Shown: piece after piece, positions 1-10,319 of the stretch
How positions within the stretch are numbered: position 1 is the first letter of the stretch
Layout of the letters: every line of letters begins with the position of its first letter
Source: a virus
Lineage: Duplodnaviria > Heunggongvirae > Uroviricota > Caudoviricetes
Length of the DNA stretch: 64,000 nt
Direction: 5' to 3' (one strand)
Virus record (IMG/VR): IMGVR_UViG_3300035497_000275
Span: 1 to 64,000 of that record
Program-made: the position numbers and the translations under genes
Notes under the pieces: generated by a model
The model's input: the letters and a program-made list of their open reading frames with translations, nothing else
The model's database searches: none
What the model was told of the DNA's origin: nothing

Positions 1-826
1 TTGATTTGATTTCATCTGGCAATGGATCAAAAGAATTATCTTTCAATGCTGCTTTTAGCATGATCTCAATGTCAATTTCATCATATCCAAGTTCAGTTAA
101 GTCACACTCAATATGATTCTTCAGTTCACTTATCAGTTTGCCACGATTCAGGACTTTAACCATTTCTGTTTTGGTCTTAGAATTAGAACGCTTTTTCCCC
201 ATGAATTTAACTTCACAGTATTTCAGCATAATCCATGATACGTCCCGAACCTTATACCCCTCGGCTTCCTTTGCCAGTGCATAAAACACAAGCTGCCGTC
301 CATGATGGATCAAATCAGCCGTCTTGAAATCAGTAGACGTTTTCCAATCATAGATAGAAATTGTTCCGTCTGAATTCTCCCGAATCAAGTCAATATAACC
401 TTGGATATAACGATCATCAGATAGTTTATATAAAACTAATTCCTCAGTTCTAAACCTACCCTTTGGCGGTTGGAAGGTATTGCAGAAATGTTTCATATCA
501 GCAATCCAATTATCCCGGATAGAATCATTACCTTTGAAATCTTTCGGAAATTCTAACCCCAATAAATCCAAATCCATTAGTTCTTGATTTAGAACATCAG
601 GCAATGTATCAACGGCTGCTTCACCTTGAACTATGGCCTCCAACTGGTCATGTATGCGTGTTCCTAACACACCATAGATACCGTTTACACCTTTATTATG
701 GAGAATATATGTGTTATAGGCTTCATACAAACATTCTTCGATAGTATTTGCTTTTGAGATACTATACACATTCTTTCCTGCATCGAATAATGCTTGTAAT
801 CTTGGGTCTTTTTCTCGTTTTGCCAA
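1..826 (-). CDS. PD-(D/E)XK superfamily nuclease (RecB/Cas4-like), N-terminal part; gene continues past window start
   Basis: Minus-strand ORF open to position 1. TTG start at 826 preceded by GAGGTGA RBS. Motif YIQGYIDLIRENSDGTISIYDWKTS (D...D-W-K) fits the PD-(D/E)XK core. Confidence 0.55.
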   Translation of the reverse strand, partial: MAKREKDPRLQALFDAGKNVYSISKANTIEECLYEAYNTYILHNKGVNGIYGVLGTRIHDQLEAIVQGEAAVDTLPDVLNQELMDLDLLGLEFPKDFKGNDSIRDNWIADMKHFCNTFQPPKGRFRTEELVLYKLSDDRYIQGYIDLIRENSDGTISIYDWKTSTDFKTADLIHHGRQLVFYALAKEAEGYKVRDVSWIMLKYCEVKFMGKKRSNSKTKTEMVKVLNRGKLISELKNHIECDLTELGYDEIDIEIMLKAALKDNSFDPLPDEIKS

Positions 827-850
827 GTTATCACCTCATTGCATTTATAG

Positions 851-1807
851 TTATTTTAGCCAAACAACATGATTTTTCATTAATCGAAGGAAAGCATCTT
901 TCCCTAAATCAGATGGACTGGCTTTGCTTCCTTTTTGGAGAATCGTGTTGTCTTTATCATAGATATACCCTACTTTATTCCGAAATACAGCATTGTCCAA
1001 AACAAGTTTCTGCGCTTGCTGTCGAACTTGTTCTTCTTCCAGCCCTTCGTCATAGGCCAAAATGATTTTAGAAGTCATCAATGATTTTAAGTGTTTCGCC
1101 TGAACGTCACTTACATCACAACCACAAGTTGCCAGCCCTACTTTGCTTCCCATTGAATAAAGCTGCTGGACAAACTTTTCTGATTCACCGATTACTACAA
1201 TGTTCTTTTGCTGAATTGAATCATAGTTATTATGATATCCATAAAGCGTCAAACTGCGAGAACATGGAATTATTGGAAGCCAGCGTTCATCTTTTGGGCA
1301 TTTGCTATCATTTAACCGTCCCATAATGCCGCACAGTTGACCATCCAGTGTGTATTCTGGAACTGTGATTCTCAATGATTCCAAATCGAATCCGACTTTG
1401 AATTTTTCTTGTGTTTGAAAATCAATACCATCTTTAAAAAACATCATATTGTATTTCCCGGAATACTCAGAAAGAATTGACTCATCATATGTTGTCATTG
1501 CATATTCTGGTTCTGTTATTTCACGCATTAATCCTTTATAGAACCCGGAAAATGGACGGCGAATTTTTTGACTAAATTGGTTCTTTTCAAGTCCCAATTT
1601 GCTTGTGATGAATTTCAAAGCATCCGGGAAAGATAAATATTCTGTTTTCATAACCAGTGTGTAGATATTCCCATGAGAATTGATAGAAAATCCATCAAAT
1701 TTTAAAGTATCTAACTTTAATCTCATAGCTGTTGGATTATGACCATCTTCACGGCTGAAACGTAACTCATTTTTGTTAGAACGATATGTGATCTGCGTAT
1801 ATCCCAT
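851..1807 (-). CDS. putative DNA primase (TOPRIM-like)
   Basis: 318 aa. Acidic motifs NIVVIGESEKF, CGCDVSD and ILAYDEG resemble TOPRIM. Lies in the replication module just upstream of the DnaB-like helicase. Confidence 0.4.
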   Translation of the reverse strand: MGYTQITYRSNKNELRFSREDGHNPTAMRLKLDTLKFDGFSINSHGNIYTLVMKTEYLSFPDALKFITSKLGLEKNQFSQKIRRPFSGFYKGLMREITEPEYAMTTYDESILSEYSGKYNMMFFKDGIDFQTQEKFKVGFDLESLRITVPEYTLDGQLCGIMGRLNDSKCPKDERWLPIIPCSRSLTLYGYHNNYDSIQQKNIVVIGESEKFVQQLYSMGSKVGLATCGCDVSDVQAKHLKSLMTSKIILAYDEGLEEEQVRQQAQKLVLDNAVFRNKVGYIYDKDNTILQKGSKASPSDLGKDAFLRLMKNHVVWLK

Positions 1808-1900
1808 TTCTTCTAAGAGTGTGATACACGCATCCTCGTTATTTGTCAGATAATTTGATAGTGCTAACGCATTAACGATGGTGTATCACCTCCTAAATTT

Positions 1901-3031
1901 TTATAAGTTAATAAATTCCCAGCACAATGGTATTCCATTATATTTCCCAGCACTTTGCAAATTACCATTACAACATTCTCCAACATGGCGAATATGATAA
2001 TATTGTTCTGCTGCCAATGCAGATTCAAATTTCATACCAGTTGTAACACAAATGACTGGCTTTTTCTTTCCAATTCCTTTTGCACCACGTTTTTGCGCTG
2101 TGGTTTTGTCATAATCACATAACCCACGATCTGCTGCCTGTTGAAGATATTTTCTTGTAGTAATTCGATTTATTTGTAATCTGTTAGAAATATCAACAAT
2201 TTTATACCCACTGTTCCATAATTCTGCGACTTTATTTGATAATGGAGTAGTTAAGTTTTCTTTAACTTTCGATTCATCAACTTTATCAAAATCAATCAGG
2301 AACGAAAGTTCAGAACACTTTATACTATTCATTAAATACTCAAAATCAGATTTTCTTGCATCAACACAAATATAATGTGTAATTCCGTTGTCTATCGCAA
2401 TTTTTCTTTTAAATTCATCGTTTTCTTTTTGTGAGCCTCGCATAAATGCTATTTCTTGATAATGCTGTCCTCCTTGCATTTCAATCAAAGTATTAATTTG
2501 AGGTATGTAGAAATCATATCTTTTATTATGTGACCACTCGAACAGTTTTTCGGTTTCAAAATTAATTCCAATGCAACTCAATACACTTGCCATAAATCTA
2601 TTTGGAATCGAAAATCCATCGGAACAACATGGGCAACACAATCCATTACGAAGTACAACATTATATTGTTTTTCAATAACCAACCCACAATTAGGACATT
2701 TCCATTTTGCGATTTTATTTGACTGTGGAAGATGTGTATAACCGTCATTTTGATTAAGCAACATTTTTGCTATATCAGGATACTTTGTACATAAATCATT
2801 ATATCCACGTTTCACTTTATGATTTGAACATACAGAACAACCGCATCCTCTTTTTATATTAGATTCAAAAATCTTAAATTTGCTATCACATTTTAAACAT
2901 TTACACACATATCCTTTTATTGTTTTGGATTGTCCGCAATTCATCATGATTTGTTCGAGTATTATAAAATCACTACTATTTGTTGATAATTTCTGTCCTA
3001 TTTGATATAAATATTTATCGACAAATATCAC
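1901..3031 (-). CDS. Vsr/DUF559-like endonuclease with N-terminal zinc ribbons; probable free-standing homing endonuclease
   Basis: 376 aa. Several Cys clusters (GCGCSVC, CPNCG, CCPCC), then RYDFYIPQINTLIEMQGGQH resembling the Vsr/DUF559 D..E.DG.H core. Inserted between primase and helicase genes. Confidence 0.45.
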   Translation of the reverse strand: MIFVDKYLYQIGQKLSTNSSDFIILEQIMMNCGQSKTIKGYVCKCLKCDSKFKIFESNIKRGCGCSVCSNHKVKRGYNDLCTKYPDIAKMLLNQNDGYTHLPQSNKIAKWKCPNCGLVIEKQYNVVLRNGLCCPCCSDGFSIPNRFMASVLSCIGINFETEKLFEWSHNKRYDFYIPQINTLIEMQGGQHYQEIAFMRGSQKENDEFKRKIAIDNGITHYICVDARKSDFEYLMNSIKCSELSFLIDFDKVDESKVKENLTTPLSNKVAELWNSGYKIVDISNRLQINRITTRKYLQQAADRGLCDYDKTTAQKRGAKGIGKKKPVICVTTGMKFESALAAEQYYHIRHVGECCNGNLQSAGKYNGIPLCWEFINL

Positions 3032-4506
3032 CTCCCCCTGTCGTTATAAATATGGCAGTACCCAATTTCCTTCCAGCGGTTATACCGCCCATTGAATTGA
3101 TACAAAACCTGAATTTTATCATCATCATTTCTGGTCTTATCGAGAAAAGCAACAATATATTTCTTGTCTTTATCAAGTTGAATCGGTTTTTTGATGTTGG
3201 TATACTTTCCGCTGCTATCTTTTTCAAGTTGATACGCCTTTACATCGAATTTTTCTCCAGTATATTCATCCTCCCATAATTGCCGTGCATAAACCATTTC
3301 AGAAAAAACTTCCTTGATTTGCTTTGCATTAGAAAGACAACTGGCATCTAAATACCGTTTATTCAATGTATGTAACGCAAGCTGATATGTACAAATCAAA
3401 GAAATATTTTCACGGCTTGTAATCTGAAACAACTTGCGACTATGGATCAAAAGCTGTTGCCACATAGAATCATCAATTTCATCTTCAGATTTCATAGTAT
3501 CAAACATGATTGTTTGATACCCTAATTTCGATAACTTCTTGATGATCCGTTTTACCTTGTTCATATCATTATCAAACAATTTGACAAATTGAATGGAACT
3601 ATATTTCTCTCTGGAGATTTTCTTAGCCTTGCGAAGCATTTCCCACTGTTCATCGTCAAATTTACCGATTTTCAGTTTTTTGCGAGTCAATCCCCAATAA
3701 TCCAAATCATTCGTTAAAATATGAACCAAAAGCAACTGCTTAAAATCTTTAGAACGCTGCTCATTGCTGATTACGGCGCATTTTACACCATCTTCTGTCA
3801 TCGGAATAATCATGTTCTCAAAAACAAAAGAAGTCTTTCCAACACCGCTATGCCCAGCAAACATATACATATCGCCTAATGGTGTGCCAAGCGTTAAATA
3901 ATTCAGAATCGGGCAATGTGCGCCATAACTAATACCCTGTGCTGATCCGTCATTACATTCTTCAAGAAATTTTTCATCAATTTCAAGAGTTTCAATGTCG
4001 ATATCGTGTGTGTTCTTAATGCTGACACTATTCAAAATATAATCATAGTAGTCATAGACTTCTTGATTTGTCATTTTTGAAAATTTATCAATATTGGCAA
4101 GAACATTAAACCCTTTATCATGTAATGTCATCAGCGTATTCATCTTTGCAATTTTATCATAATACGCATCGACATTTTCTGGAGAAACTAATGCACACAA
4201 TTCACTGACAGTAGAGTATCCGCCCAACTCATTAAAATGTTTTTTAACAGTTGGTTTGTTCTCCAAAAATGTATAGATTGTTACATTGTCAAACGTTCTG
4301 AACCCTTGATTATACATTTGCCGACCAAGGGAAAAATAAAACACTCCATCTTCTGTCTTTAGCGTTTTATCATCACCGACATTAACACGGCGAAAATCGT
4401 CAAACAAATCTGGCTGTTTATATAAGCAAAAAACGAATGTAGCTTCTGCACTTTCTCGTCCTTTGATTAATTCTTCAGGATAGTCTTTTAGTTCTATTTG
4501 AATCAC
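3028..4506 (-). CDS. replicative DNA helicase, DnaB family
   Basis: 492 aa. Walker A FAGHSGVGKTSF, Walker B-like IMFD, DnaB-type C-terminal RecA-like domain. Confidence 0.8.
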   Translation of the reverse strand: MIQIELKDYPEELIKGRESAEATFVFCLYKQPDLFDDFRRVNVGDDKTLKTEDGVFYFSLGRQMYNQGFRTFDNVTIYTFLENKPTVKKHFNELGGYSTVSELCALVSPENVDAYYDKIAKMNTLMTLHDKGFNVLANIDKFSKMTNQEVYDYYDYILNSVSIKNTHDIDIETLEIDEKFLEECNDGSAQGISYGAHCPILNYLTLGTPLGDMYMFAGHSGVGKTSFVFENMIIPMTEDGVKCAVISNEQRSKDFKQLLLVHILTNDLDYWGLTRKKLKIGKFDDEQWEMLRKAKKISREKYSSIQFVKLFDNDMNKVKRIIKKLSKLGYQTIMFDTMKSEDEIDDSMWQQLLIHSRKLFQITSRENISLICTYQLALHTLNKRYLDASCLSNAKQIKEVFSEMVYARQLWEDEYTGEKFDVKAYQLEKDSSGKYTNIKKPIQLDKDKKYIVAFLDKTRNDDDKIQVLYQFNGRYNRWKEIGYCHIYNDRGR

Positions 4507-4512
4507 CTTCCT

Positions 4513-5019
4513 TTATAATTCATCATCGTCTAAGAAACCGCTTATATCCTTTCCAGCCGTTTTCGTGCCAAGATTAGATATGTCACTACACTCGATTTCA
4601 GTCTTTTTCATTTGTGTTTCTTGCTGTTGCTGCCGCTGGCACTCTTTATAAACGTCACCAATCTTATCTTTTATGATCGCAAACATATAAGAAATCTTAT
4701 TATATTCATTCTTGAATTCCTTGTGATCAAAACTGTACAAAATATCATCGTGACATTTTTGAAAAGTACGAAGGATTACATCATAATCATAAAAAGACAA
4801 GTCTTTTAACTTTTTGGGTAGCGAGGGTGGGAACGAATTCCCATCCCCGTATCCCAATAATTCATAACTGATATAATCAATCAGTTTTCTATAATCCTCT
4901 TTCCTTTTATGGTCAGCGTCATAGACTTCTTGGTTCTTATAATACTTTCCATTGATCTTAATAAAAGTATCTGTTGTACCAATTTCCTGTGTAACACAAC
5001 ATTTACACTGTCTTGCCAT
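4513..5019 (-). CDS. hypothetical protein (acidic C-terminus ..DDDEL)
   Basis: 168 aa ORF tightly packed in the replication operon; no recognisable motif. Confidence 0.4.
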   Translation of the reverse strand: MARQCKCCVTQEIGTTDTFIKINGKYYKNQEVYDADHKRKEDYRKLIDYISYELLGYGDGNSFPPSLPKKLKDLSFYDYDVILRTFQKCHDDILYSFDHKEFKNEYNKISYMFAIIKDKIGDVYKECQRQQQQETQMKKTEIECSDISNLGTKTAGKDISGFLDDDEL

Positions 5020-5034
5020 TAGCTGACCTCCTGA

Positions 5035-6174
5035 TTACTCTGATTCCTTCAGCACGTTTACAATATTCGTTAATACAAGCGTAGGAATATCATCAGGATT
5101 CTTGAAATTCGGGATGTTGTTCTCCGCCATAATTGCCTTTACCTTCTTCTTGGTAGCAGCATCGGCCTCGGAGAACTTATTCTGAACAATCACAATCAAC
5201 TCAGCGTTCTTTTCTTCATCCACCTTATTTGCGGCCTCTTGTTCCAGCATTTCAGCAATCTCATGTTCCTTTTCTTTTCTGGATTCCTCCAGTTCCTTCA
5301 TAGACTGCTCAACGGACTTGTCACCCTTGCTATGCTCTGCCAAAATAGCATCTGTCAACGCCTTAATAAAGGCATCTGCATCCAGCGGAATCTCATCAAC
5401 AATATCGGCAAAACGGGACTTAGAATCAACACTGTAATTGTCATCCCGGAAAGAAATGCGGCGGGATTCACTCAAAACCTTTCCCTTTACTTCCTCCTGC
5501 TTTGTGACAACATTCTTCTTTCCTGTTTTCTGCTTGACAATCTCACGGTCAATGTAAGCGACACCAAGAAAATGCAGTTTCGTCTTTAACGCATTGAAAT
5601 AACGCTGAGACATATTCGTAGTCAAGATAGAATAGGACTCACCAGTAATCGGATCATCAACATCCTTCTTCTTGGTATGCCCAATTGCGATAAAGGAAAC
5701 ACCAACACTCTTCAGTTCCCACAGTTTATCAAGAACAATCTGGATTGCCTTATCCTCGCCAGCCATAAATCCACCAAAAGCAGCCTTAATAGAAGTAATC
5801 TTAGGCTTGTCAGGATTTGCCCGGTTGTGCATCCGAATCACTTCAGGCTCGGCAATTTCAAGCAACTGATCGAAAGTATCCAGAACAACCACACGCAAGT
5901 CCTTATAGTCAGTCAGTTTGTTCTCAATGATATCATCACAAACCTCCTTGAACTTTGCCCAATCAGGAATCTTCTCAGATACAATTCCATTAATTGCATC
6001 ATGACCATCTTCCTTGCCAATGTCGAAAGCAATATAGCCATCAACACCAGCCAGCTTTTCGCATACCTCCTTAATAAGAGTAGACTTGCCAATGCCTGAT
6101 TCACCAATCAGGCCAATATTATATGCAAGCGGATCAATACAAATTTCTCGTTTCTGTCCAAACTTTCTTGCCAT
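5035..6174 (-). CDS. RecA-fold ATPase, Sak4-like
   Basis: 379 aa. Walker A GLIGESGIGKST near the N-terminus, Walker B VVVLD. Long charged C-terminal tail. Confidence 0.55.
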   Translation of the reverse strand: MARKFGQKREICIDPLAYNIGLIGESGIGKSTLIKEVCEKLAGVDGYIAFDIGKEDGHDAINGIVSEKIPDWAKFKEVCDDIIENKLTDYKDLRVVVLDTFDQLLEIAEPEVIRMHNRANPDKPKITSIKAAFGGFMAGEDKAIQIVLDKLWELKSVGVSFIAIGHTKKKDVDDPITGESYSILTTNMSQRYFNALKTKLHFLGVAYIDREIVKQKTGKKNVVTKQEEVKGKVLSESRRISFRDDNYSVDSKSRFADIVDEIPLDADAFIKALTDAILAEHSKGDKSVEQSMKELEESRKEKEHEIAEMLEQEAANKVDEEKNAELIVIVQNKFSEADAATKKKVKAIMAENNIPNFKNPDDIPTLVLTNIVNVLKESE

Positions 6175-6176
6175 TA

Positions 6177-6668
6177 TTAATCTCCTTTACTCTTGTATGA
6201 CCAATCACCAAAATATTTTTCTTCTGCTTCTTTACGAGCGTTAATTGCGTCAGATAATTGATTATAATAACCAAGCGAAAGTTTCTTTTTATGTAAATGC
6301 AAATATGCTTGCCATTTTTGACGTTGCCTATTAAAACTTACTCCAGTACATCCACTTGTATTATTAATTGATAATTGTTCATTCATCTGATTATGACTTG
6401 CCGATCCTACTCGTAAATTGCATAGGCGATTGTCTAATTTATTATGATTTATGTGATCGACTTGTTTGTTTGAAGGACAATTAGTAATAATTCTGTGCAT
6501 GAGACACATTTTACCATCCAATGCCCCTTGTAAATAACCATGACTTCCAATAGACCAAGTACATTGAGAAATGATAGGATAGAATTGATGATCAAAAATG
6601 AATTTTTCACCTTTTGTTGTATATCCTATCATTTCATTTTCTTGTTTTTGAAAAAGGTTTTTACTCAA
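6177..6668 (-). CDS. HNH homing endonuclease with AP2 DNA-binding domain
   Basis: 163 aa. HINHNKLDNRLCNLRVGSASHN is an HNH_3 motif. GCTGVSFNRQRQKWQAYLHL..LGYYNQLSDAINARKEAEEKYFG is AP2-like. Confidence 0.75.
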   Translation of the reverse strand: MSKNLFQKQENEMIGYTTKGEKFIFDHQFYPIISQCTWSIGSHGYLQGALDGKMCLMHRIITNCPSNKQVDHINHNKLDNRLCNLRVGSASHNQMNEQLSINNTSGCTGVSFNRQRQKWQAYLHLHKKKLSLGYYNQLSDAINARKEAEEKYFGDWSYKSKGD

Positions 6669-7840
6669 AACAAATCTTCGTCATCCAACCCACCATTACC
6701 AGACTTTTTATCATCTGCATCAAAAGGAGGGTCATCATCTTCGTCATCCTTAGACTTCTTTGCTGCGGCCTTCTTTGAATTGTTCTTAGCCTGTTCCAGC
6801 GTTTCATCCTCGGCGGGGACAAAAATCTTTTCCTCAAACTCATCCGGGGTATCATCAACTTCCAGCAATCCGTCAGCAAAGTCACCCTCCAGCTTCGGAT
6901 CAAACAGACGGAATTCATCAATTCGATCACCGTAGATATTTCCCTTGGGACGGAAATCATCAACTGTCTTGATGCCAAGTTCGACCTGTTCACGCTGAGA
7001 ATCTGTCAGCATAGACTCATCAAATTCCGCTTCCTCTGCGCCACGAAGCAGAACAACCTCCCAAGGAATGTGCATCATCTTCTTAGACTTGATCTTGAGG
7101 TACTTCATCTTGTAATCCAGCAGTTTCTTATGACGCTCGTTATCAAGGTCATACTTTGCGGCAGAAAAAACAAGCTGAATGGGGACATACTTTTTACCAT
7201 CATCCTTGTTGATATACTGCTCGATGTAACAATCTAACGTCATCTTCTTGTTCTCATCGAAATCAGCATCATCCAGACTATCCTTGTTGTAGAACAGGTC
7301 AAGAGTCAGAGAAAGACGATTCTTCCGTTCCTCCTTCGCTGCGAAAACATTCTGAATACGGAACTTAGAGAAATATGTATTCTTCTTAGCGTACCAGTCA
7401 CGGCTAAACTGCCCTGTCACAACCACACGCCCATCATAATCAGGCAGAACCTTCTCCAGATGCTTGATCATATCGTAAGTGGTAATAAACTCCTGCCGAC
7501 CGCCGTGATCCTCGCCCAAGTCAACAACATACTTGCGGTAATTCGCAACCTTGGACACAATATCCTCGTCAAAGCGATCATCCCAATCAACTTCCATCTT
7601 CTCGTTGTCAGTATCAAAAGTCAGAATGGTGTCCTGAACGCTGCCAAATGCCTCGACAAACGCCATATTCGCATCATTCTCCTTGACACCGAATGTCATG
7701 GAAAGCATCTTGCGCTCTTTCTTTGTCTTTTCGTCCTTCTTGCTCATTTCCTTGCAGAAAGGACGTTTTGTATCCGCCTTCTGCTTCGGAATCACAGGAA
7801 AACCAACGAAACTAAATCTGGACTGATAACTCATACACAT
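6665..7840 (-). CDS. hypothetical protein with SSB-like acidic C-terminal tail (possible ssDNA-binding or recombination mediator)
   Basis: 391 aa ending ..DDEDDDPPFDADDKKSGNGGLDDEDLF, like the acidic tip of SSB. Next to the Sak4-like ATPase. Confidence 0.35.
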   Translation of the reverse strand: MCMSYQSRFSFVGFPVIPKQKADTKRPFCKEMSKKDEKTKKERKMLSMTFGVKENDANMAFVEAFGSVQDTILTFDTDNEKMEVDWDDRFDEDIVSKVANYRKYVVDLGEDHGGRQEFITTYDMIKHLEKVLPDYDGRVVVTGQFSRDWYAKKNTYFSKFRIQNVFAAKEERKNRLSLTLDLFYNKDSLDDADFDENKKMTLDCYIEQYINKDDGKKYVPIQLVFSAAKYDLDNERHKKLLDYKMKYLKIKSKKMMHIPWEVVLLRGAEEAEFDESMLTDSQREQVELGIKTVDDFRPKGNIYGDRIDEFRLFDPKLEGDFADGLLEVDDTPDEFEEKIFVPAEDETLEQAKNNSKKAAAKKSKDDEDDDPPFDADDKKSGNGGLDDEDLF

Positions 7841-7849
7841 CTACTCCTT

Positions 7850-8410
7850 TTAATTAATTACGTCAAAATTTACTTCTAAAAACTTTCTTGATGCTAAATA
7901 ATCGCATAAGTGAACAAATTTCTCAATTTTTGTTTTAGGCGTTGGAAGGACAGTCTTTGAATTTCTTGCAGTATTCCATTGCCCCATATGTGACGAAATT
8001 GCAGAACAAACGAATTTCTCTTGTTTATCATTCAGAAAATTGCTTTCAAAATTACATTTCTTAATGAAATCTGCCGCATACAGAGGATGTTCAAAAACAG
8101 TATGGCTTCCGCTTCCGTTACCTTGTTTGATCCCATCATGCAGCATCAGACTTACCAAAATCAAATCTTGATATTCCTCCGAAAACGGGAACATTTCGAG
8201 GTTGAACAGTTCCTTTGCAATCGTCAACGCTGCTTTCGTGTGCCGCAACAGGCCACCATCACCAAGCGCATAAGAAGGATGATACTTACCACTGGACGAA
8301 GCAGGAACATGGAAGAAATAATCCGGCAGATTATCTACACAGTATTGTGCGAATTTTGCAATATCTTCTGAATGAATCCAACTGATTTCCTTTTCAAATT
8401 CAGTTCGCAC
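7850..8410 (-). CDS. HD-domain metal-dependent phosphohydrolase
   Basis: 186 aa. SGKYHPSYALGDGGLLRHTKAA...LMLHDGIK gives the H..H...HD metal-binding pattern. Confidence 0.6.
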   Translation of the reverse strand: MRTEFEKEISWIHSEDIAKFAQYCVDNLPDYFFHVPASSSGKYHPSYALGDGGLLRHTKAALTIAKELFNLEMFPFSEEYQDLILVSLMLHDGIKQGNGSGSHTVFEHPLYAADFIKKCNFESNFLNDKQEKFVCSAISSHMGQWNTARNSKTVLPTPKTKIEKFVHLCDYLASRKFLEVNFDVIN

Positions 8411-8413
8411 TAA

Positions 8414-8674
8414 TCAATCCTCCAGAAAACTCTTGAACTTACCGATAATCTTCTCGTTGTGACTGTGCTGCTGCGTCATAGAATCAGCAATCCGATCCAA
8501 CTCTGTGCGATAACTGTCAATCTCCTGAACAGTCGAAACAATATCCTGATTCACGCTTTCCAAACTGTCGATTGTGCTGGTGATCAAAGAAACTGCGTTT
8601 TGAGACTGCTCCATCAGGGTATTCAACTTTGCTTCCTTTTCGGTCAAAATGTTCTGAATCTGAACCTTTCTCAT
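8414..8674 (-). CDS. hypothetical protein
   Basis: 86 aa ORF, coiled/charged, collinear with neighbours. Confidence 0.35.
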   Translation of the reverse strand: MRKVQIQNILTEKEAKLNTLMEQSQNAVSLITSTIDSLESVNQDIVSTVQEIDSYRTELDRIADSMTQQHSHNEKIIGKFKSFLED

Positions 8675-8982
8675 TGCTCTTTCTCCTTTTCAGTATTATT
8701 GTTTTCATCGTTCTTCTTTGCGAAATTATCCTGCTTTGCCAAACTCGTCATGCAAAGCTGTCGCAAGGCAATCAACTGTTTCTGTGGATTTGTACCGTGC
8801 ATCCCATTCATTCTTTGCAGGAACACTTCGCACATAGTTTTCATGCCAATAGACAAGCCTTTCACATAGGCGTTCTTCAGCATCGTTTCCAGTGTCTTTT
8901 CAAATTCTGATTTCTCTCTTGTCTTGTTATCAACTTGTTCTGTCGGTTTATCATTTCCAATCTCTACTACATTTTCACTCAT
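8671..8982 (-). CDS. hypothetical protein
   Basis: 103 aa ORF overlapping the downstream gene by 4 nt, typical operon coupling. Confidence 0.35.
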   Translation of the reverse strand: MSENVVEIGNDKPTEQVDNKTREKSEFEKTLETMLKNAYVKGLSIGMKTMCEVFLQRMNGMHGTNPQKQLIALRQLCMTSLAKQDNFAKKNDENNNTEKEKEQ

Positions 8983-9009
8983 CTGTTTGTTCCTTTCTTG
9001 TATTTATTG

Positions 9010-9881
9010 TTATAAGCCTTTAAAAATATGCTTAATAACATCCTTTGTCCAACCGTTTCCACATAAGGATCGGCGTACATTATCACTGTATCCTTCGGTA
9101 TATCCATCTGGTAAAGTTTGCAACCGTTCATATTCTACGGGAGATAATTTCCGAATCCGTTCATTATCCCAAACTTTCTTTTCCTGATACCCTCCATTGA
9201 CACAAGTAAGAGTTGCACATTTGAATTTTGGATTATATACACGCTTTAATAAATCATGCGTATTGATTTGCAAAGTCGCAATGACCTTTTTATCGTCACC
9301 ATGAAAAATAAACGGTTTATCATAGTAATCTTTTTCTGGTACAGACTCTACCATGATATCTTGTAAAACTGTGTTATTCTTTTCTGGCAAGGGAGCAATT
9401 GGAATGTTCGTCCAATATAGTCTTTCACGATCCTGTGCTGAAAAGAGGTTGCTATTTATGTGATAACAACTTGCCCCCCCAGATTTGCGGTAATGGTATC
9501 TATATCGGCTTTATACTTTGGAACAACATTCTCCAACATGAAATAACGTGGATGAATTTCTTTAACTGCTCTCGCATATTCAAAGAAAATACCAGATTTA
9601 CCATTTAGGCCAGAACAGATCGAATCATTTTCTTGTCGTACTACGGAAAGGCTCTGGCAGCACGTTCCCGCAATCACCAAATCAAATCCATTGAACTGAG
9701 AAAAATCCGCTCCAATTACATTCCCATGATGATGAATGAATGGAAAATGTCGTGAACTGATTTCAATGGCTGGTTGGAAAATCTCGAATGTATGATATTC
9801 GTCCACTGTAATTCCTAATTCCTGCAAGGCAATCAAGCCTGTTTCAATACCGCCACAAATCGACAATACTTTTAATCCCAT
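9010..9881 (-). pseudogene. DNA (cytosine-5)-methyltransferase interrupted by a -1 frameshift in a G7 homopolymer (ORFs 9456..9881 and 9010..9390)
   Basis: The N-part has motifs I (LSICGGIETG), IV (GTCCQSLS) and VI (ENV). It stops after ..ANLGGQVVIT at the coding-strand G7 run (plus C7 at 9474..9480). With G8 the frame reads LGGASCYHINSNLFSAQDRERLYW (motif VIII QxRxR) and continues in frame into the 9010..9390 ORF (RKLSPVEYERLQTLPDGYT, RRSLCGNGWT are motifs IX/X). Confidence 0.7.
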
Positions 9882-9893
9882 GTTTTACTCTTT

Positions 9894-10319
9894 TCAAAAT
9901 AAAGGAGAATTAACGAGCGCATAAACACGGTTATCTCCATCAAAGATAATTTCTTTGATACAGTTTTTGGATTTAATATGATAACACTTGTTACCATCCA
10001 ACTGGTACACTGTCATGCCTGTATTCAACGCATACATCAATTCATCAAAAACACCACGACCAATCATCCCGGAAACCGTAGAAAACACAAGTGTATCACA
10101 TTCAGCAAGTGTATCAATAGCTGCTGTCATGATTTCTGACTCAGCGCAATCCTGCGGAAGAACTTCACTCGGATTTACAATTTCAATTGAACTATCCGGG
10201 AAAGCATCATAGATAACGTTCTTCTCATAAGCCTCCATCTTTGTGTCATACTTCCATGTGTGATGTGCGTAATAAATTTTCACTTGTATACCTCCTATTA
10301 AGTTATCAAATAAGACCAA
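9894..10319 (-). CDS. hypothetical protein; possible nucleoside 2-deoxyribosyltransferase-like fold
   Basis: 141 aa. KIYYAHH near the N-terminus and GVFDELMYALNTGMTVY weakly resemble the NDT/Rcl fold motif FE.GYA.A.GKPV. Tentative. Confidence 0.3.
   Translation of the reverse strand: MVLFDNLIGGIQVKIYYAHHTWKYDTKMEAYEKNVIYDAFPDSSIEIVNPSEVLPQDCAESEIMTAAIDTLAECDTLVFSTVSGMIGRGVFDELMYALNTGMTVYQLDGNKCYHIKSKNCIKEIIFDGDNRVYALVNSPLF

Noticed and set aside
748-1326. Plus-strand ORFs 748..1065 and 1081..1326
   Set aside because: Antisense to the nuclease and primase genes; hydrophobic low-complexity translations typical of reverse-frame artefacts.
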